NCBI GenBank assembly: GCA_950097015.1 | Contig: CATNEN010000039.1 | Location: 13,020,001-13,084,000 of the forward strand | Source of the DNA: Macrostomum hystrix | Taxonomy: Eukaryota; Animalia; Platyhelminthes | DNA: 64,000 bases | Direction of reading: 5' to 3' | Shown: piece by piece, positions 35,113-48,165 of the stretch | Numbering within the stretch: the first letter of the stretch is position 1 | Layout of the letters: each line of letters starts with the position of its first letter | The notes under the pieces: model-generated | Seen by the model: only the letters and a program-made list of their open reading frames with translations | Told to the model about the DNA's origin: nothing | The model's database searches: none | Translations under genes and position numbers: made by a program

Positions 35113-35920
35113 CTGTTTGTATGCATTCCAGTGAGTCTGATTGTGCTCACATGTGTTTGTATGCATTCCAGTGAGTCTGATTGTGCTCACATGTGTTTGT
35201 ATGCATTCCAGTGAGTCTGATTGTGCTCACAGGTGTTTGTATGCATTCCAGTGAGTCTGATTGTGCTCACATGTGTTTGTATGCATTCCAGTGAGTCTGA
35301 TTGTGCTCACAGGTGTTTGTAGGCATTCCAGTGAGTCTGATTGTGCTCACAGGTGTTTGTATGCATTCCAGTGAGTCTGATTGTGCTCACATGTGTTTGT
35401 ATGCATTCCAGTGAGTCTGATTGTGCTCACAGGTGTTTGTAGGCATTCCAGTGAGTCTGATTGTGCTCACAGGTGTTTGTATGCATTCCAGTGAGTCTGA
35501 TTGTGCTCACATGTGTTTGTATGCATTCCAGTGAGTCTGATTGTGCTCACAGGTGTTTGTAGGCATTCCAGTGAGTCTGATTGTGCTCACAGGTGTTTGT
35601 ATGCATTCCAGTGAGTCTGATTGTGCTCACATGTGTTTGTATGCATTCCAGTGAGTCTGATTGTGCTCACAGGTGTTTGTAGGCATTCCAGTGAGTCTGA
35701 TTGTGCTCACAGGTGTTTGTATGCATTCCAGTGAGTCTGATTGTGCTCACAGGTGTTTGTATGCATTCCAGTGAGTCTGATTGTGCTCACATGTGTTTGT
35801 AGGCATCACTGTGAGTCTGATTGTGCTCACAGGTGTTTGTATGCATTCCAGTGAGTCTGATTGTGCTCACAGGTGTTTGTAGGCACTACTGTGAGTCAGA
35901 TTGTGCTCACAGGTGTTTTT
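35113..35920. repeat. 40-bp minisatellite (ATGCATTCCAGTGAGTCTGATTGTGCTCACAGGTGTTTGT)n
   Basis: About 20 copies upstream of the GPCR ATG. Confidence 0.97.
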
Positions 35921-36869
35921 AAGTATCCTTGTAAGTGAGGTGAGTAGGATACTTTTCTATCGCATTTGCCTCTCACACAAAGGTCCCTGAGCTCGATTCA
36001 AAAGCGAGGCCACATTCAATTGGGGCAACAGTCGCGGTGCCACGATCACTGTACACAGACCCTCGAAATAAGTGACAAGGTTTAACAAAAAATCTATTTG
36101 CTTATTCGAAGGGTAAGGAAAGGGTTCGTAAAAATGGTTTTAAAAATCTTAGTATTTTATCTTTTGTTTCAGCAGCAAATTAACAGAAAATGTATAATTT
36201 CAGTTCAATTAAAAAAGTAGAGGAAGTTTTCCTTCGGCTATTGTTCTACCGGGAAAATTTATATGATAGAAGCGCGTGAAAGAAACGTTAAAGAGAATAC
36301 AAATTTTCAGATTTGATCGGGAAAGCTTCTCGGAATTCAAGTAAAGAAAAGAAGGTAAAACTCTTCAATATTATACTCGTACTCGTAAAATCTCACTCTT
36401 ACACTTAAGCAATAATAAAAGTCTATCAGTAAAGCAACCGACACGAATCTTGAAGTTCTAAAAGAATTCGCCAGTATTGGAAAGCGCAACCTACTCTTAA
36501 TAATAACTCTTTTAACAATACAAGGTTTACAACACAAAAAGCAACTCTACTAAAAAAGTACATAGAAACAGAAAGGTAATTATACTGCATAAAACTAATC
36601 TCATAGACTCTTAGCTTAAACTGCTGAAAAAACTCCCAGACGTGACGCAACACACCGCTTACAAAATAAATCAAGCCCCGAAATTTGATTGGTCGCTGAG
36701 GGTAGATAGTTTTCTATTTTTAGAACAGCCGGCGTGTCCCCACCTCGAAATGTTTACTACTCTATCCCAAACAAATCACGTGACCCCCGAGTTCAGCCAA
36801 TCAAATCATTGCCGCTTTAACTATATTTCGTTTCTTTTAAATAGACAAAGGTAAAGAAAATCGTTTGTA

Positions 36870-39068
36870 TCAGCGAGTGCCAAGCAGTTGGGCAGTTCGC
36901 AGAGCCGGCAAATCCGGATAGGCCCTGTCAATCCGATTATAGGAATATTTCCACCTGTTGTGGCCCGAGTAGGGAATCTGCGACTGACCCAGAGTCTCAG
37001 TGCTGATTGAGTTCGGCGGCAGCGGCACGAAGTCGGCCGTGCAGGTTGGCGGCTCGGCTATGCACACCTCCGGATGAGTGTGACAGCGGCGAAATCGACG
37101 AAACACGGCTGGTAGAACCGGCTCGCAGATCGGTGCGTAGGATGTTGTGTGAGTAGTTCGATAGTCGTAGCCGTAGCGGGTGCCGTCCTCGTGACGCAGA
37201 TAGTCCTGCTGCTGCTGCTGCTGTTGCTGCTGCGCCTCAGTTTCGAAGCGCAACAGCCGCTTGCCCAGAGTGCGCTCGCCACGGGACTGAAAAACCCGAA
37301 TTTAACTTTCTGTTATTTCTACTGACAGTAGTGTGGTGAAGCTACGAGGTGCATTTAAAAAGTTATTTTCGGTGCTTAAAAATATTCCTCAATACATGTA
37401 GTACCTTATAAAGAATGAGTTTTGTGAGCACTGAAAGCAAAGTCTATGGCCTAAACCACCCAAAGATTTTAAGCCTTATCTTGCAACCATGTCTGTTCCT
37501 TCTGCTACCTATCGAATTCTTGGCCATGGCTGAATCATTCTCAAAAAAGATAGTCTTAAAAGTCCGAAGCTCTAACCACTAGAGGCTATGTGATCATAAA
37601 CTTTTAAGAAATTCGTGAAATAATTTATTATGAGTCACTAAATAAATAGTATAAATTATTTTGTTTTTTTTCAATTAAGCGCGTGTACGTGAACATGCAA
37701 TAAATATAGTCAGTGTGGCTGTAATGACACGTAATGCAAGTCGTTTTACATGGATACATGTATACATAGAATGTTCGGAAGCCTTACCACACAAACTAGT
37801 AGCCGATAAAATTTATAACTCGCTGTTAAATATTTAGAAGGTCATAATAAGACTTGGTTTAATAAGTGTCTTAAAAAACTATTTGATTAACCCGTTATTA
37901 GATTAATCACTTACCTGGCCAAAATAAACGCCGTGACCTTGAAACACGTGACGATTATCGTGATCAGTGAATGCATTCTGATGCTTGAACACCGGAGTCT
38001 GGAATTGAGTTTTTCTTATTGCATCCACGAATTAATTGTTCGGTGCAATATTTTTACAGCCTCCATACTTTATCTTATCAAAAAGTCACAACATGACCTC
38101 TCTAAGTTCAGAATCAACTTACTCACGGCATTCTCAACTTTGTCAAGGTCACCAGTAAACTCACTCCATCCCTCCATCCCTCCACTCTCGCAAGGTCGCT
38201 AGCCACCTCACTCCATTCCTCCATCCCTCCACTCTCGCAAGGTCGCTAGCCACCTCACTCCATTCCTCCATCCCTCCACTCTCACAAGGTCGCTAGCCAC
38301 CTCACTCCATTCCTCCATCCCTCCACTCTCGCAAGGTCACCAGCCACCTCACACCTTCTCTCCACTCTTTCAAGGTCGCAAACCAGTGCACTTTAACCAT
38401 GCTACGAGTACGTGCTTATAGTTGTCAAATACAATTAAATGAATCTTACCTGATGATTAATCCGGGTGTAAAACACCCTCGGCATATTGGCCGACACCTT
38501 GTTAATGTTGCGCTGATCAAATGGAGCCTCCTGCATGTCGCGAGTTGAGGTCCGGCTGCGCAGGTCGCGACCCTCACCTGCTGCGGCCTCTTCATCCGGC
38601 TTGTGCGAGTACTGTAGGAGGACAAACTGATTGGACTGATTGTTTGTCTATCGACCTGTCTATCGACCTTTCTATCGAATTGTCTATCGACCTTTCTATC
38701 GACCTGTCTATCGACCTGTCTATCGACCTGTCTATCGACCTGTCTATCGACCTGTCTATCGACCTGTCTATCGACCTGTCTATCGACCTGTCTATCGACC
38801 TGTCTATCGACCTGTCTATCGACCTGTCTATCGACCTGTCTATCGACCTGTCTATCGACCTGTCTATCGACCTGTCTATCGACCTGTCTATCGACCTGTC
38901 TATCGACCTGTCTATCGACCTGTCTATCGACCTGTCTATCGACCTGTCTATCGACCTGTCTATCTGGACCTGTCTTTCGACCGGTCGGTCAGTCACAAAA
39001 TGCATTGCTCAACTCACCCATCTCTTGCTCGCTCCTGAATTGGGTGTGTAACTTTTTGCCTTAGGCAT
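36870..39068 (-). CDS. TEX36: TEX36-like HDNR-domain protein (cilia/testis-associated)
   Basis: Exons 39068-39018, 38611-38450, 37998-37915 and 37286-36870, all phase 0 GT-AG. MPKAKSYTPNSGASKRWYSH...AFTDHDNRHVFQGHGVYFGQSRGERTL...VFRRFRRCH matches TEX36 (MTKGRRFNP..GRWFPH, FSVHDNRHSL, SFRRFPRCY). Confidence 0.8.
38155..38385. repeat. ~47-bp C-rich tandem repeat in TEX36 intron 2
   Basis: About 4-5 copies of CACCTCACTCCATTCCTCCATCCCTCCACTCTCGCAAGGTCGCTAGC. Confidence 0.9.
38645..38985. repeat. 12-bp minisatellite (TCTATCGACCTG)n in TEX36 intron 1
   Basis: About 27 near-perfect copies. Confidence 0.97.
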
Positions 39069-39711
39069 GCTGAAATAAAAAATAATTTTTGAAATGAACT
39101 TTTTTGCACTTTTAGGGCGCTTTCTAAGATCATAGCTTAAAGTGCATCGAAAAGCCTTTCTAAAAAATGGCATTTTCATAAAAAAAAGGTTTCGAACAGG
39201 CATAGATACATGTACATAGTCAAATGAAGATAGAGGTTGTTGCATTTGTTTATTAATAATAAATAAATAATTGTCAGTAATGAATAATGATATTAACAAT
39301 AAAAAGCTGTACTTTTACTTTGTATCACATAAAAATGTCCACAGTTTTCCAATGTTTATGAAGCTTTAAAATGTTATTAAACAATCAAAAGATCAAAACA
39401 CGGCTTGGAAGTTTAAATTAGAAAAGTAGAAAAAATTCGTCGGAAGAATCTAAAATTTCTTTTTAGCCCAAATACTCGAATAATTTATAAAAAGTTTCTT
39501 TTAGCGTCAATCTACTGTGAGTAGGAGATTTTGCGTATATACTTCCCTCTGTAGGGAAAATGGGTAAAATGTTTTTGAGCTTTTGGAAGAAAAATTTAAA
39601 ACGAGCTGCAAAACATGTAAACAAAGAATCACAATTTTTGAAACAAATCAGTGATTAGTGTTTTGCTATGCTATAATATAAGAAACAACAAGCGATTTTA
39701 ATGTCAGTTGA

Positions 39712-42700
39712 TTAGCTGAGAATTTGCAAGTAGAGCGACTTTAACACTCGAGCCTGGTAGGTGACGGTGTTGCGACCCGGGTGCGGGTCCCTGTCCAACG
39801 GGCTCGGAGGAAATCCTTTCACCTCGGCTCCGTGGCCTTAAAAAAACAAAGACCGGGTGGATGATTTCGCGAATACGACACGTAGAAAGTTTTTCCTACA
39901 GCGATGCAGGGAAGTCTGGAGTGACAAGATCAGTCTGGAGTGACAATATAAGCCTGGAGTGACAAGCTCAGTCTGGAGTGACAAGATCAGTCTGGAGTGA
40001 CAAGCTCAGTCTGGAGTGACAAGCTCAGTCTGGAGTGACAAGCTAGATAATGCAAGCAGTCGATGTTCGCTGGTACTCACGCTCGCAGAGTTCAAGAAAC
40101 TGCAGGCAGTCCTCGTCGCAGCTGTCCCTCATGAAGACCAGACGCATCGCCATTTTTTCCAGCAGCGATAGAAAGCAGCGCTTGGCGTAGTACCAGGTCT
40201 CTGTGCTGATTTTCTTTTGAAATGGTTCCAGACTTTTGATGACCCTGGAGATGCCGAATTCATAGTTGCCCTTGGCGCAGTAAAGTGTGCCAATTACCAG
40301 GTTAACAATGCACGAATGATACAGGCGCCTGTCCGGGTCCTCGTAGGCGGTCTGGTTTTTTTAATGGGGTTTTTTGGGGGACTTAACGGGATATGGTATG
40401 AGTATAGTGGGATGATATTGTTGGATATAATTGGATTTTGCGGTAGTTGAGTGGGATGTTTTACGGTTTGAGTAGGATTTTTGGGATTTGAATTGTATAC
40501 TCTAGGATATTGTGGAACTTAAGGGATAGTGTTTGATATTAATGGGATATTGTGGGATAATACTCGGATATTGTAGGATAATAGTAGGATATTGTGGGAT
40601 ATCATTGGAATATACTTAGATATCAGTTAGGGTATAGTAGGATACAAATGTTGCATTGTGTAATATAAAGAATGGGATTTTTTTGGGATTTCAATGGGAT
40701 GTTGTATGATTTAAAGAGGATATTCGGGCATTTCCTCTGGGATGTTCTGAGATTTATGTGTATACATTAAGACTTTCATGTATCGAAATGTTTTGACACG
40801 CAAATCCTTTTTGCGGTTTTGCAGCGGATTCCCCGGGATTTGGGATAAATTGTGAGGCCCGTCCATGCGCATGGACTTTGATTACAAAGGAAGAATTTGT
40901 TGGGATTCTAATGGGTCATGGTACATTCGGTAGATGCGTCAAATCTGCGGTCGTGATTTGTAGACAGTTGTAGACAATGGACCGGAGCCACTCACAACTT
41001 CCTCCTCCTTTTCAATCTTTCTCATGAGCTCCTCGGCGTCCTCGTTCTGGTTGACCATGATGTAGGCCACGCAGAGATTAGCGAGGCTGCCGGCGCTGAC
41101 GTTGAGAATCTTGTCATAGTTCTTCTTTACCATGCCCTCGTAGAAATTGGCGGCCTCTTTGTACTGCTCTCGCATCAACAGCACGTGAGCCACGTTGAGT
41201 TTCCAGGTGTCATGCTCGCTGCAGAACTCAACCGAACTGCGAAAGATGCGCTCAACCTCAGCGTAGTTCTCCCTGTCCCAGTAGATTTTGGCCTGCTGCA
41301 TCAGCACTGGAATGTACTGCTCCAAGCCTGCGAGTTAGAGATTTAAAGTCATCGTCAGTTTGATTTATCGCTCTATTGTACACTTTTATCTAGTTCGTGC
41401 AGCTTTATCGATCCATTCTACAACTTTATCGATCCATTCTACAACTTTATCGATCCATTCTACAACTTTATCGATCCATTCTACAACTTTATCGATCCAT
41501 TCTACAACTTTATCGATCCATTCTACAACTTTATCGATCCATTCTACAACTTTATCGATCCATTCTACAACTTTATCGATCCATTCTACAACTTTATCGA
41601 TCCATTCTACAACTTTATCGATCCATTCTACAACTTTATCGATCCATTCTACAACTTTATCGATCCATTCTACAACTTTATCGATCCATTCTACAACTTT
41701 ATCGATCCGTAATACAACTTTATCGATCCATTCGACAACTTTATCGATCCGTAATACAACTTTATCGATCCGTAATACAACTTTATCGATCCATTCGACA
41801 ACTTTATCGACCAATTTCACAACATTATCGATCCATTCCACAACTTTATCGATCCATTCTACAACTTTATCGATCCGTAATACAACTTTATCGATCCATT
41901 CGACAACTTTATCGATCCGTAATACAACTTTATCGATCCATTCTACAACTTTATCGATCCATTCTACAACTTTATCGATCCATTCTACAACTTTATCGAT
42001 CCATTCTACAACTTTATCGATCCATTCTACAACTTTATCGATCCGTAATACAACTTTATCGATCCATTCGACAACTTTATCGATCCGTAATACAACTTTA
42101 TCGATCCGTAATACAACTTTATCGATCCATTCGACAACTTTATCGACCAATTTCACAACATTATCGATCCATTCTACAACTTTATCGATCCATTCTACAA
42201 CTTTATCGATCCGTAATACAACTTTATCCATCCATTCGACAACTTTATCGATCCGTAATACAACTTTATCGATCCATTCGACAACTTTATCGATCAATTT
42301 CACAACATTATCGATCCATTCTACAACTTTATCGATCCATTCTACAACTTTATCGATCCGTAATACAACGTTATCGATCCGTAATACAACTTTATCGATC
42401 CATTCGATAACTTTATCGATCCGTTCTACAACTTTATCAATCCATTCTTCAACTTTATCGATCCATTCTACAACTTTATCGATCTATTCTTCAACTTTAT
42501 CAATCCATTCTTCAACTTTATCAATCTTTTCTTCAACTTTATCGATCCATTCTTCAACTTTATCGATCCCCTCTACACTGTCGCGGTCTGCCAGCGCGAG
42601 CTTCGACTCCCAATTTTATTGTGTCCCAATCAACATTCGATACCCGTCGTACCCTCTTCGTATTCGGCAATGGCCGAGCGCGAAGCTTCATCGTCTCGCT

Positions 42701-45700
42701 TCTGCCGGGCGACCTGCACCAGGCGGGTTAGCCGTCGCAGTCCGTCAGCCTGGCGAGCCGCCAGCTGGTCCAGCTTCTGGTAGGCCAACTCTGGCGCCGT
42801 CTGGGTGAGTACCACAGCCTCGAGGAAGTCGAGCAGGAATGGCGACAGCAGGCGGCAGGCGGTCTCGGTGTTCTCCGCCAGGAGGTCAGCGGCAAGATCG
42901 TAGTACTCGTGCCGGATGTAGAGCAACAGCAGATTGGCCAGAGCCTCGGGCGGAAAACTCGCCTGCTGCACCAGGAATAGAAGCTTCTGGAAGCAGCCCG
43001 TTGGATCGTCTTCCGCGCTGACTAGAGCCTGGGGAGATGTTTTTTAAGGAGAAAAGAATAAGGAATCCCTGATCCTCAATCCCTGATACTCAATCTCTGA
43101 TCCTGAATCCCTGATCCTGAATCTCTGATCCTGAATCCCTGATCCTGACTCCCTGATCCTGACTCCCTGATCCTGAATCCTTGATCCTGAATCCCTGATC
43201 CTGAATCCCTGATCCTGAATCCCTGATCCTGAATCCCTGATCCTGAATCCCTGATCCTGAATCCCTGATCCTGAATCCCTGATCCTGACTCCCTGATCCT
43301 GAATCCTTGATCCTGAATCCCTGATCCTGAATCCCTGATCCTGAATCCCTGATCCTGAATCCCTGATCCTGAATCCCTGATCCTGAATCCCTGATCCTGA
43401 ATCCCTGATCCTGTATCCCTGATCCTGAATCCCTGATCCTGAATCCCTGATCCTGAATCCCTGATCTAGAATCCCTCTTTGATCTTAAATCCCTCCCTGA
43501 TCCTAAATCCCTGATCCTGAATCCCGGATACTGAATCCCTGATCTAGAATCCCTCTTTGATCTTAAATCCCTCCCTGATCCTAAATCCCTGATCCTGAAT
43601 CCCGGATACTGAATCCCTCCCTGATCCTAAATCCCTGATCCTCAGTCCATCATACTTAATCCCAGATCCCTTATTCCAAAACCGTGCATCTCAAAGCCTA
43701 GCTACCAAGAGTGTGATCCCACTCGCTATCCGTGGCAGACCTGATTGTGCAGGGTGACAGGGTCCAGTTCAGCCTCGCTCCTCGGTGGCATGTCGGTCAG
43801 GGCCTCCTGCGCTTGTCGGCGATTTTTCATCGCGAACTCGATGGCCGCCTTCAGGTTGAAGGCTTCCACTAGAGCCGACTGGTGCAGTGTGTGGGTGTTG
43901 CCCACGCTGCGAACCTGTACAATCATTTTTCGAACCGAAAGTAAAAAAAGAATCTTACACTGCGAAAAGCTTCTTGATAGTGAAAACTTGCCTCCATGCC
44001 ATCCGTTGCTATGCCAACGCTAAGCTCGGGGTGTTCACGAATTCCTTTCTCAATTATATCGCCAAGGTGTTTCAGTGAATAAGGAAACTGACGAAGTCTG
44101 TAGTGACAGAGGGCCGCGTTGTAGGCCAGGTCTGGTCGAAAGTTCACGAATTTCAGCGCCTGTGAAAGGATTTTAATTGCAATTAAACCGGATATTTTCA
44201 AAGGCTGGACACCAGACAAGCTGGAAACTTCACAATCATAATTGAATTGTTGAATTGCTTCACCTGAGTGAACTTGGCGCAAGCCTCCTGATGCTTGCCT
44301 TCCTGGTAGAGCAGGCAGCCAGTGTTGACCAGGGTGTCAGCATCGTCAGACGGGCATCTGTCAACAAGAGCTTTGGCGCTGGAATAATCCTCGGCTGCGT
44401 ACTGAATTGCCGCCTGCAGTTTCAGTGCACGATCTTCGTATGCAGGCGCGTCGATCTGAGCGGCAACCTGGCGAGAAAGAGAAGTGGTGGTTGTTTTTTG
44501 GGATCTAGGATCTGGATCTGGGATCTAGGATCTGGGATCTAGGATCTGGGATCTAGGATCTGGGATCTAGGATCTGGGATCTAGGATCTGGGATCTAGGA
44601 TCTGGGATCTAGGATCTGGGATCTAGGATCTGGGATCTAGGATCTGGGATCTAGGATCTGGGATCTAGGATCTGGGATCTAGGATCTGGGATCTAGGATC
44701 TGGGATCTAGGATCTGGGATCTTGGATCTGGGATCTAGGATCTGGGATCTAGGATCTGGGATCTAGGATCTGGGATCTAGGATCTGGGATCTAGGATCTG
44801 GGATCTAGGATCTGGGATCTAGGATCTGGGATCTAGGATCTGGGATCTAGGATCTGGGATCTAGGATCTGGGATCTAGGATCTGGGATCTAGGATCTGGG
44901 ATCTAGGATCTGGGATCTAGGATCTAGGATCTGGGATCTAGGATCTGGGATCTAGGATCTGGGATCTAGGATCTGGGATCTAGGATCTGGGATCTAGGAT
45001 CTGGGATCTAGGATCTGGGATCTAGGATCTGGGATCTAGGATCTGGGATCTAGGATCTGGGATCTAGGATCTGGGATCTAGGATCTGGGATCTAGGATCT
45101 GGGATCTAGGATCTGGGATCTAGGATCTGGGATCTAGGATCTGGGATCTAGGATCTGGGATCTAGGATCTGGGATCTAGGATCTGGGATCTAGGATCTGG
45201 GATCTAGGATCTGGGATCTAGGATCTGGGATCTAGGATCTGGGATCTAGGATCTGGGATCTAGGATCTGGGATCTAGGATCTGGGATCTAGGATCTGTGA
45301 TCTAGGATCTGGGATCTGCAGCAATCCCTTATTAGTGCATGCCCCATGTCCATGTCTATGAGTGCTAAGCCTTGAGTATGATATCATATTCCAAATCTGT
45401 GTATTTTGTCAAGCTCACAGATATTTCACTTTTCCTACCTTCATCGCCTGTGGATAAAGTCCAGCTTGATAGAGGCACTGGGAAAAGTACAGTTGATAGT
45501 CCACATTCTCTGGGTAGAGCTCAAGCAGCTGTTCGTAGCAATCGCTAGCCGAAGTGAAGTCCTGAAGCTGATAGTAGCAGTAGCCTAGAAGAGACAAGGC
45601 AGCCCTGGAGCTCGGATGCCGGGTGAGCTGCTGGTTGAGTACATTCAGAGCCTCTCTGTAGTGCCTGTCCTTGATAAGACCGTAGATACTGGATGTAAAT

Positions 45701-45735
45701 TGGCCATCCTTGATAGTGTGCGTTAAGGCAGACAT
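39712..45735 (-). CDS. TTC30: Intraflagellar transport protein IFT70/TTC30 (DYF-1/fleer)
   Basis: Exons 45735-45439, 44467-44264, 44159-43992, 43914-43741, 43028-42653, 41327-40996, 40351-40081 and 39836-39712 join in frame; intron 3 is GC-AG. Motifs IKDGQFTSSIY, SRAALSLLGYCYY, GIREHPEL, ALTDMPPRSEAELDPVTLHNQ, CIVNLVIGTLYCAKGNYEFGISRVIKSLEP and GRNTVTYQARVLK. Confidence 0.97.
39912..40045. repeat. 19-bp tandem repeat (AGTCTGGAGTGACAAGCTC)n in TTC30 intron 7
   Basis: About 7 copies. Confidence 0.92.
41402..42572. repeat. 21-bp minisatellite (ACTTTATCGATCCATTCTACA)n in TTC30 intron 5
   Basis: About 55 copies; internal 336-bp block duplication (CCAATTTCAC variant at ~41811 and ~42147). Confidence 0.97.
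43064..43670. repeat. 14-bp minisatellite (CTGATCCTGAATCC)n in TTC30 intron 4
   Basis: About 30 regular copies plus a degenerate tail. Confidence 0.96.
44500..45318. repeat. 14-bp minisatellite (GGATCTAGGATCTG)n in TTC30 intron 1
   Basis: About 58 near-perfect copies. Confidence 0.97.
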
Positions 45736-47196
45736 TGTCTTCGTAGTTTAATGTTATAGAATCTTTTCTGACTGTAAAACCAGAATAATTTGGATTTCAT
45801 TTATCATGTAAACAAAAATAGTAACGCTGACAAGAGTAAAAAATAATAATACATAAAGGGAAATGACACAAACCTACTTAGACCGGTTGTAAAGACTTAT
45901 ACTCAAATAATATGCGAAACATATTTAATTATTATAGTTCTGCCGCAAACTAACAAAAAAGAGAACAAACACACGGAGGAAAAACTATTTACTCATCATG
46001 ATGTTAATCCTTACTCGGATCAAACTTTTTATTGAAGGTAAAACAGCAACAAAATATCTGGAAATACTTTTACCCACCGAAATCTAAAAAGTATGGCAAC
46101 ATATTTTTAAATCAAGATCTGAAAAAAGTATTGATTGCACTTTCCTTTAACAGAAATAAAAATAAAAACTAAAATAATAAATTCTATTAGCTTTAACTTT
46201 CGTCTTAGTCTTTAACAAGTTCTAAAAACGATTGTACATGTGCAGTTGTTGCGCGATTTACGATATAGCCATTGTTGCACGATGTTGCAAATACTAGCAA
46301 AAATTCTAGCTTCATCTAGCTTAAAAATTACTATCACAACTTTTCGAAAAATGTGGTAACTATGTTCTATTTAAACCTTTTTCGTTAAGCTACTATTATA
46401 ATTTTAAGCCAAGTTATAGTCTTTACGTTAAGAAAGACATTTATAGGTGCATTTACGATTTACGTACAATAAATGACCTCATACTTTAAATTAAAAATAC
46501 TCAACAAAGCTTTCTTCTCTATGATAAGTTAGCTAGCAAATTAATTTTACACATTTTATTTTTTCATTTATAGTACAGAAGAAGACATAGATAATTAGTA
46601 AATAACATGGTATAAATATTAATTAATTAAAAATGATCTACTTTGTTTCTTTAGTTCAGGTTCTTATAAAAAAATCAATCCGTCGTCGTGCTTGGTTTTC
46701 TTACTGCTAATTCGTCACTGAGAGGAGGAGGAGAGCTTACGAAAACAGAAAACCAACTAAGGCTTCGCTTAGCTATATAGGAACCTTTTTATCTATTCCT
46801 AGAAGACTTTGATATAGCTAGAATGCTTCTCAATGTTTCTCTTCGACTGGCTAATGATTTTGTTACTGTTTAGGCCTAGCCTAGCAGTTTTATAATTGGG
46901 CAGGCGGCGATAAATATGTAGCCCAAGCTAAGAAAATAAAAATAATTTTATTAATATTAGCAACAATGGCTTTGTTATTCTTAAACGTTGTTTTAGTAGG
47001 GCCTAGTCCTAATAAATTTTAAATTTTACTTTTTGGGTTGCTAATGCTTACTAGAACAAAAGTCTTCCAGTGCCTTAACCTGCTTTTGACATCTCTCGAT
47101 AGAATAGCTATAGGCCTAGGCCTAGCTTAGCAACATAAAAATTTTTGTTGAGTAGGCAGCACCTATTTGAATTATTTTGTAGTTTTGACCCTGACG

Positions 47197-47375
47197 CAGT
47201 GGCATATGCTCGAATTTAGTTTGGGGGTATAACCAGCAGAAATTTATAAACATACCGGACTAAATAATGTCCTCTAGGGCTCTAGGAACTGACTAGGGCC
47301 TAAGTACAATATGTACATGGGCAATTTTGGGAAATGGGGGATATATCCCCATATCCCACCCAGCATACACCCCTG
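47197..47375. mobile_element. Short hAT-type MITE
   Basis: Imperfect TIRs CAGTGGCATATGCT ... AGCATACACCCCTG; 8-bp TSD CCCTGACG / CCCTGACA (47189-47196 and 47376-47383). Confidence 0.75.
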
Positions 47376-48165
47376 CCCTGACAAAATAAGTTTCGGAGAA
47401 TAGGCTTTATGAATTTGTTCTTAAAAACTTTCTATTTAGTGGCAGGCCCATTACAGTTAATATGTTAAAAATTGTTGTTCTTGTGAACCCTAAATTGAAT
47501 TATAATACTAAACACCACAATTATGTAGCAAATAACATATTTTGTTTATTTGACAGCACAGAACTCAGTTTACAAATTTCATCAATGTAACATTGCACAT
47601 CAGTGCATAGCACAGGCACAGCATAAGAAGATGTAGTCAGAAAGAGAAAATGAAATTAAACTGCTTTTGGCACTGATTCCAGACTTTGGGCAGATTCCTC
47701 ATAAAAAACAGAGAAACAGCCTAAATTAGCAGTATTTAAGTCTGATCTGGAGTCAACCCAAAAATTCTATTCAGTGGTTTCTTTTTGTCTGTAGAAAAAG
47801 TGCTGATTGTAGCCAGAACCAGTAAAAAACTGCCTTTAATGTTTTGTGGCCTATGTATATAATTTTATTATGTAGCTAGCTATTTGCAGTAAGGGTTAAT
47901 TTAAACTTTTTGGTATTTTTGTGAATTTTTTATACAGTGCAACTACCATGGAGGAGAATCTCCCCTGACAAATATGTTTGTCAGCAACTCAAGCACACAA
48001 AACTAAACAATTTTTTCTAAATTAGAATCAAGTTGCCAGCTCTTCAGACCATCACGAGATATTCAATGGTTCTTGCCGAAGGTAGGATGTTCCTATAAGC
48101 GCCTGTGTATTTCAACACTGAGGTCTTGCCAATCCTTCAAAATTTATCAGCATGTTACCCGAATG

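Noticed and set aside
37253-37288. Spliced-leader-supplied AUG for the 36870-37286 exon
   Set aside because: Three upstream cis exons with their own ATG (39068) complete a TEX36-like protein.
41360-42808. 482/337/305-aa repetitive ORFs (also those at 13566, 17317, 19112, 23129-24277, 25536, 38521, 53317, 58872-59938 and 62448)
   Set aside because: All coincide with intronic or intergenic minisatellites or low-complexity tracts.
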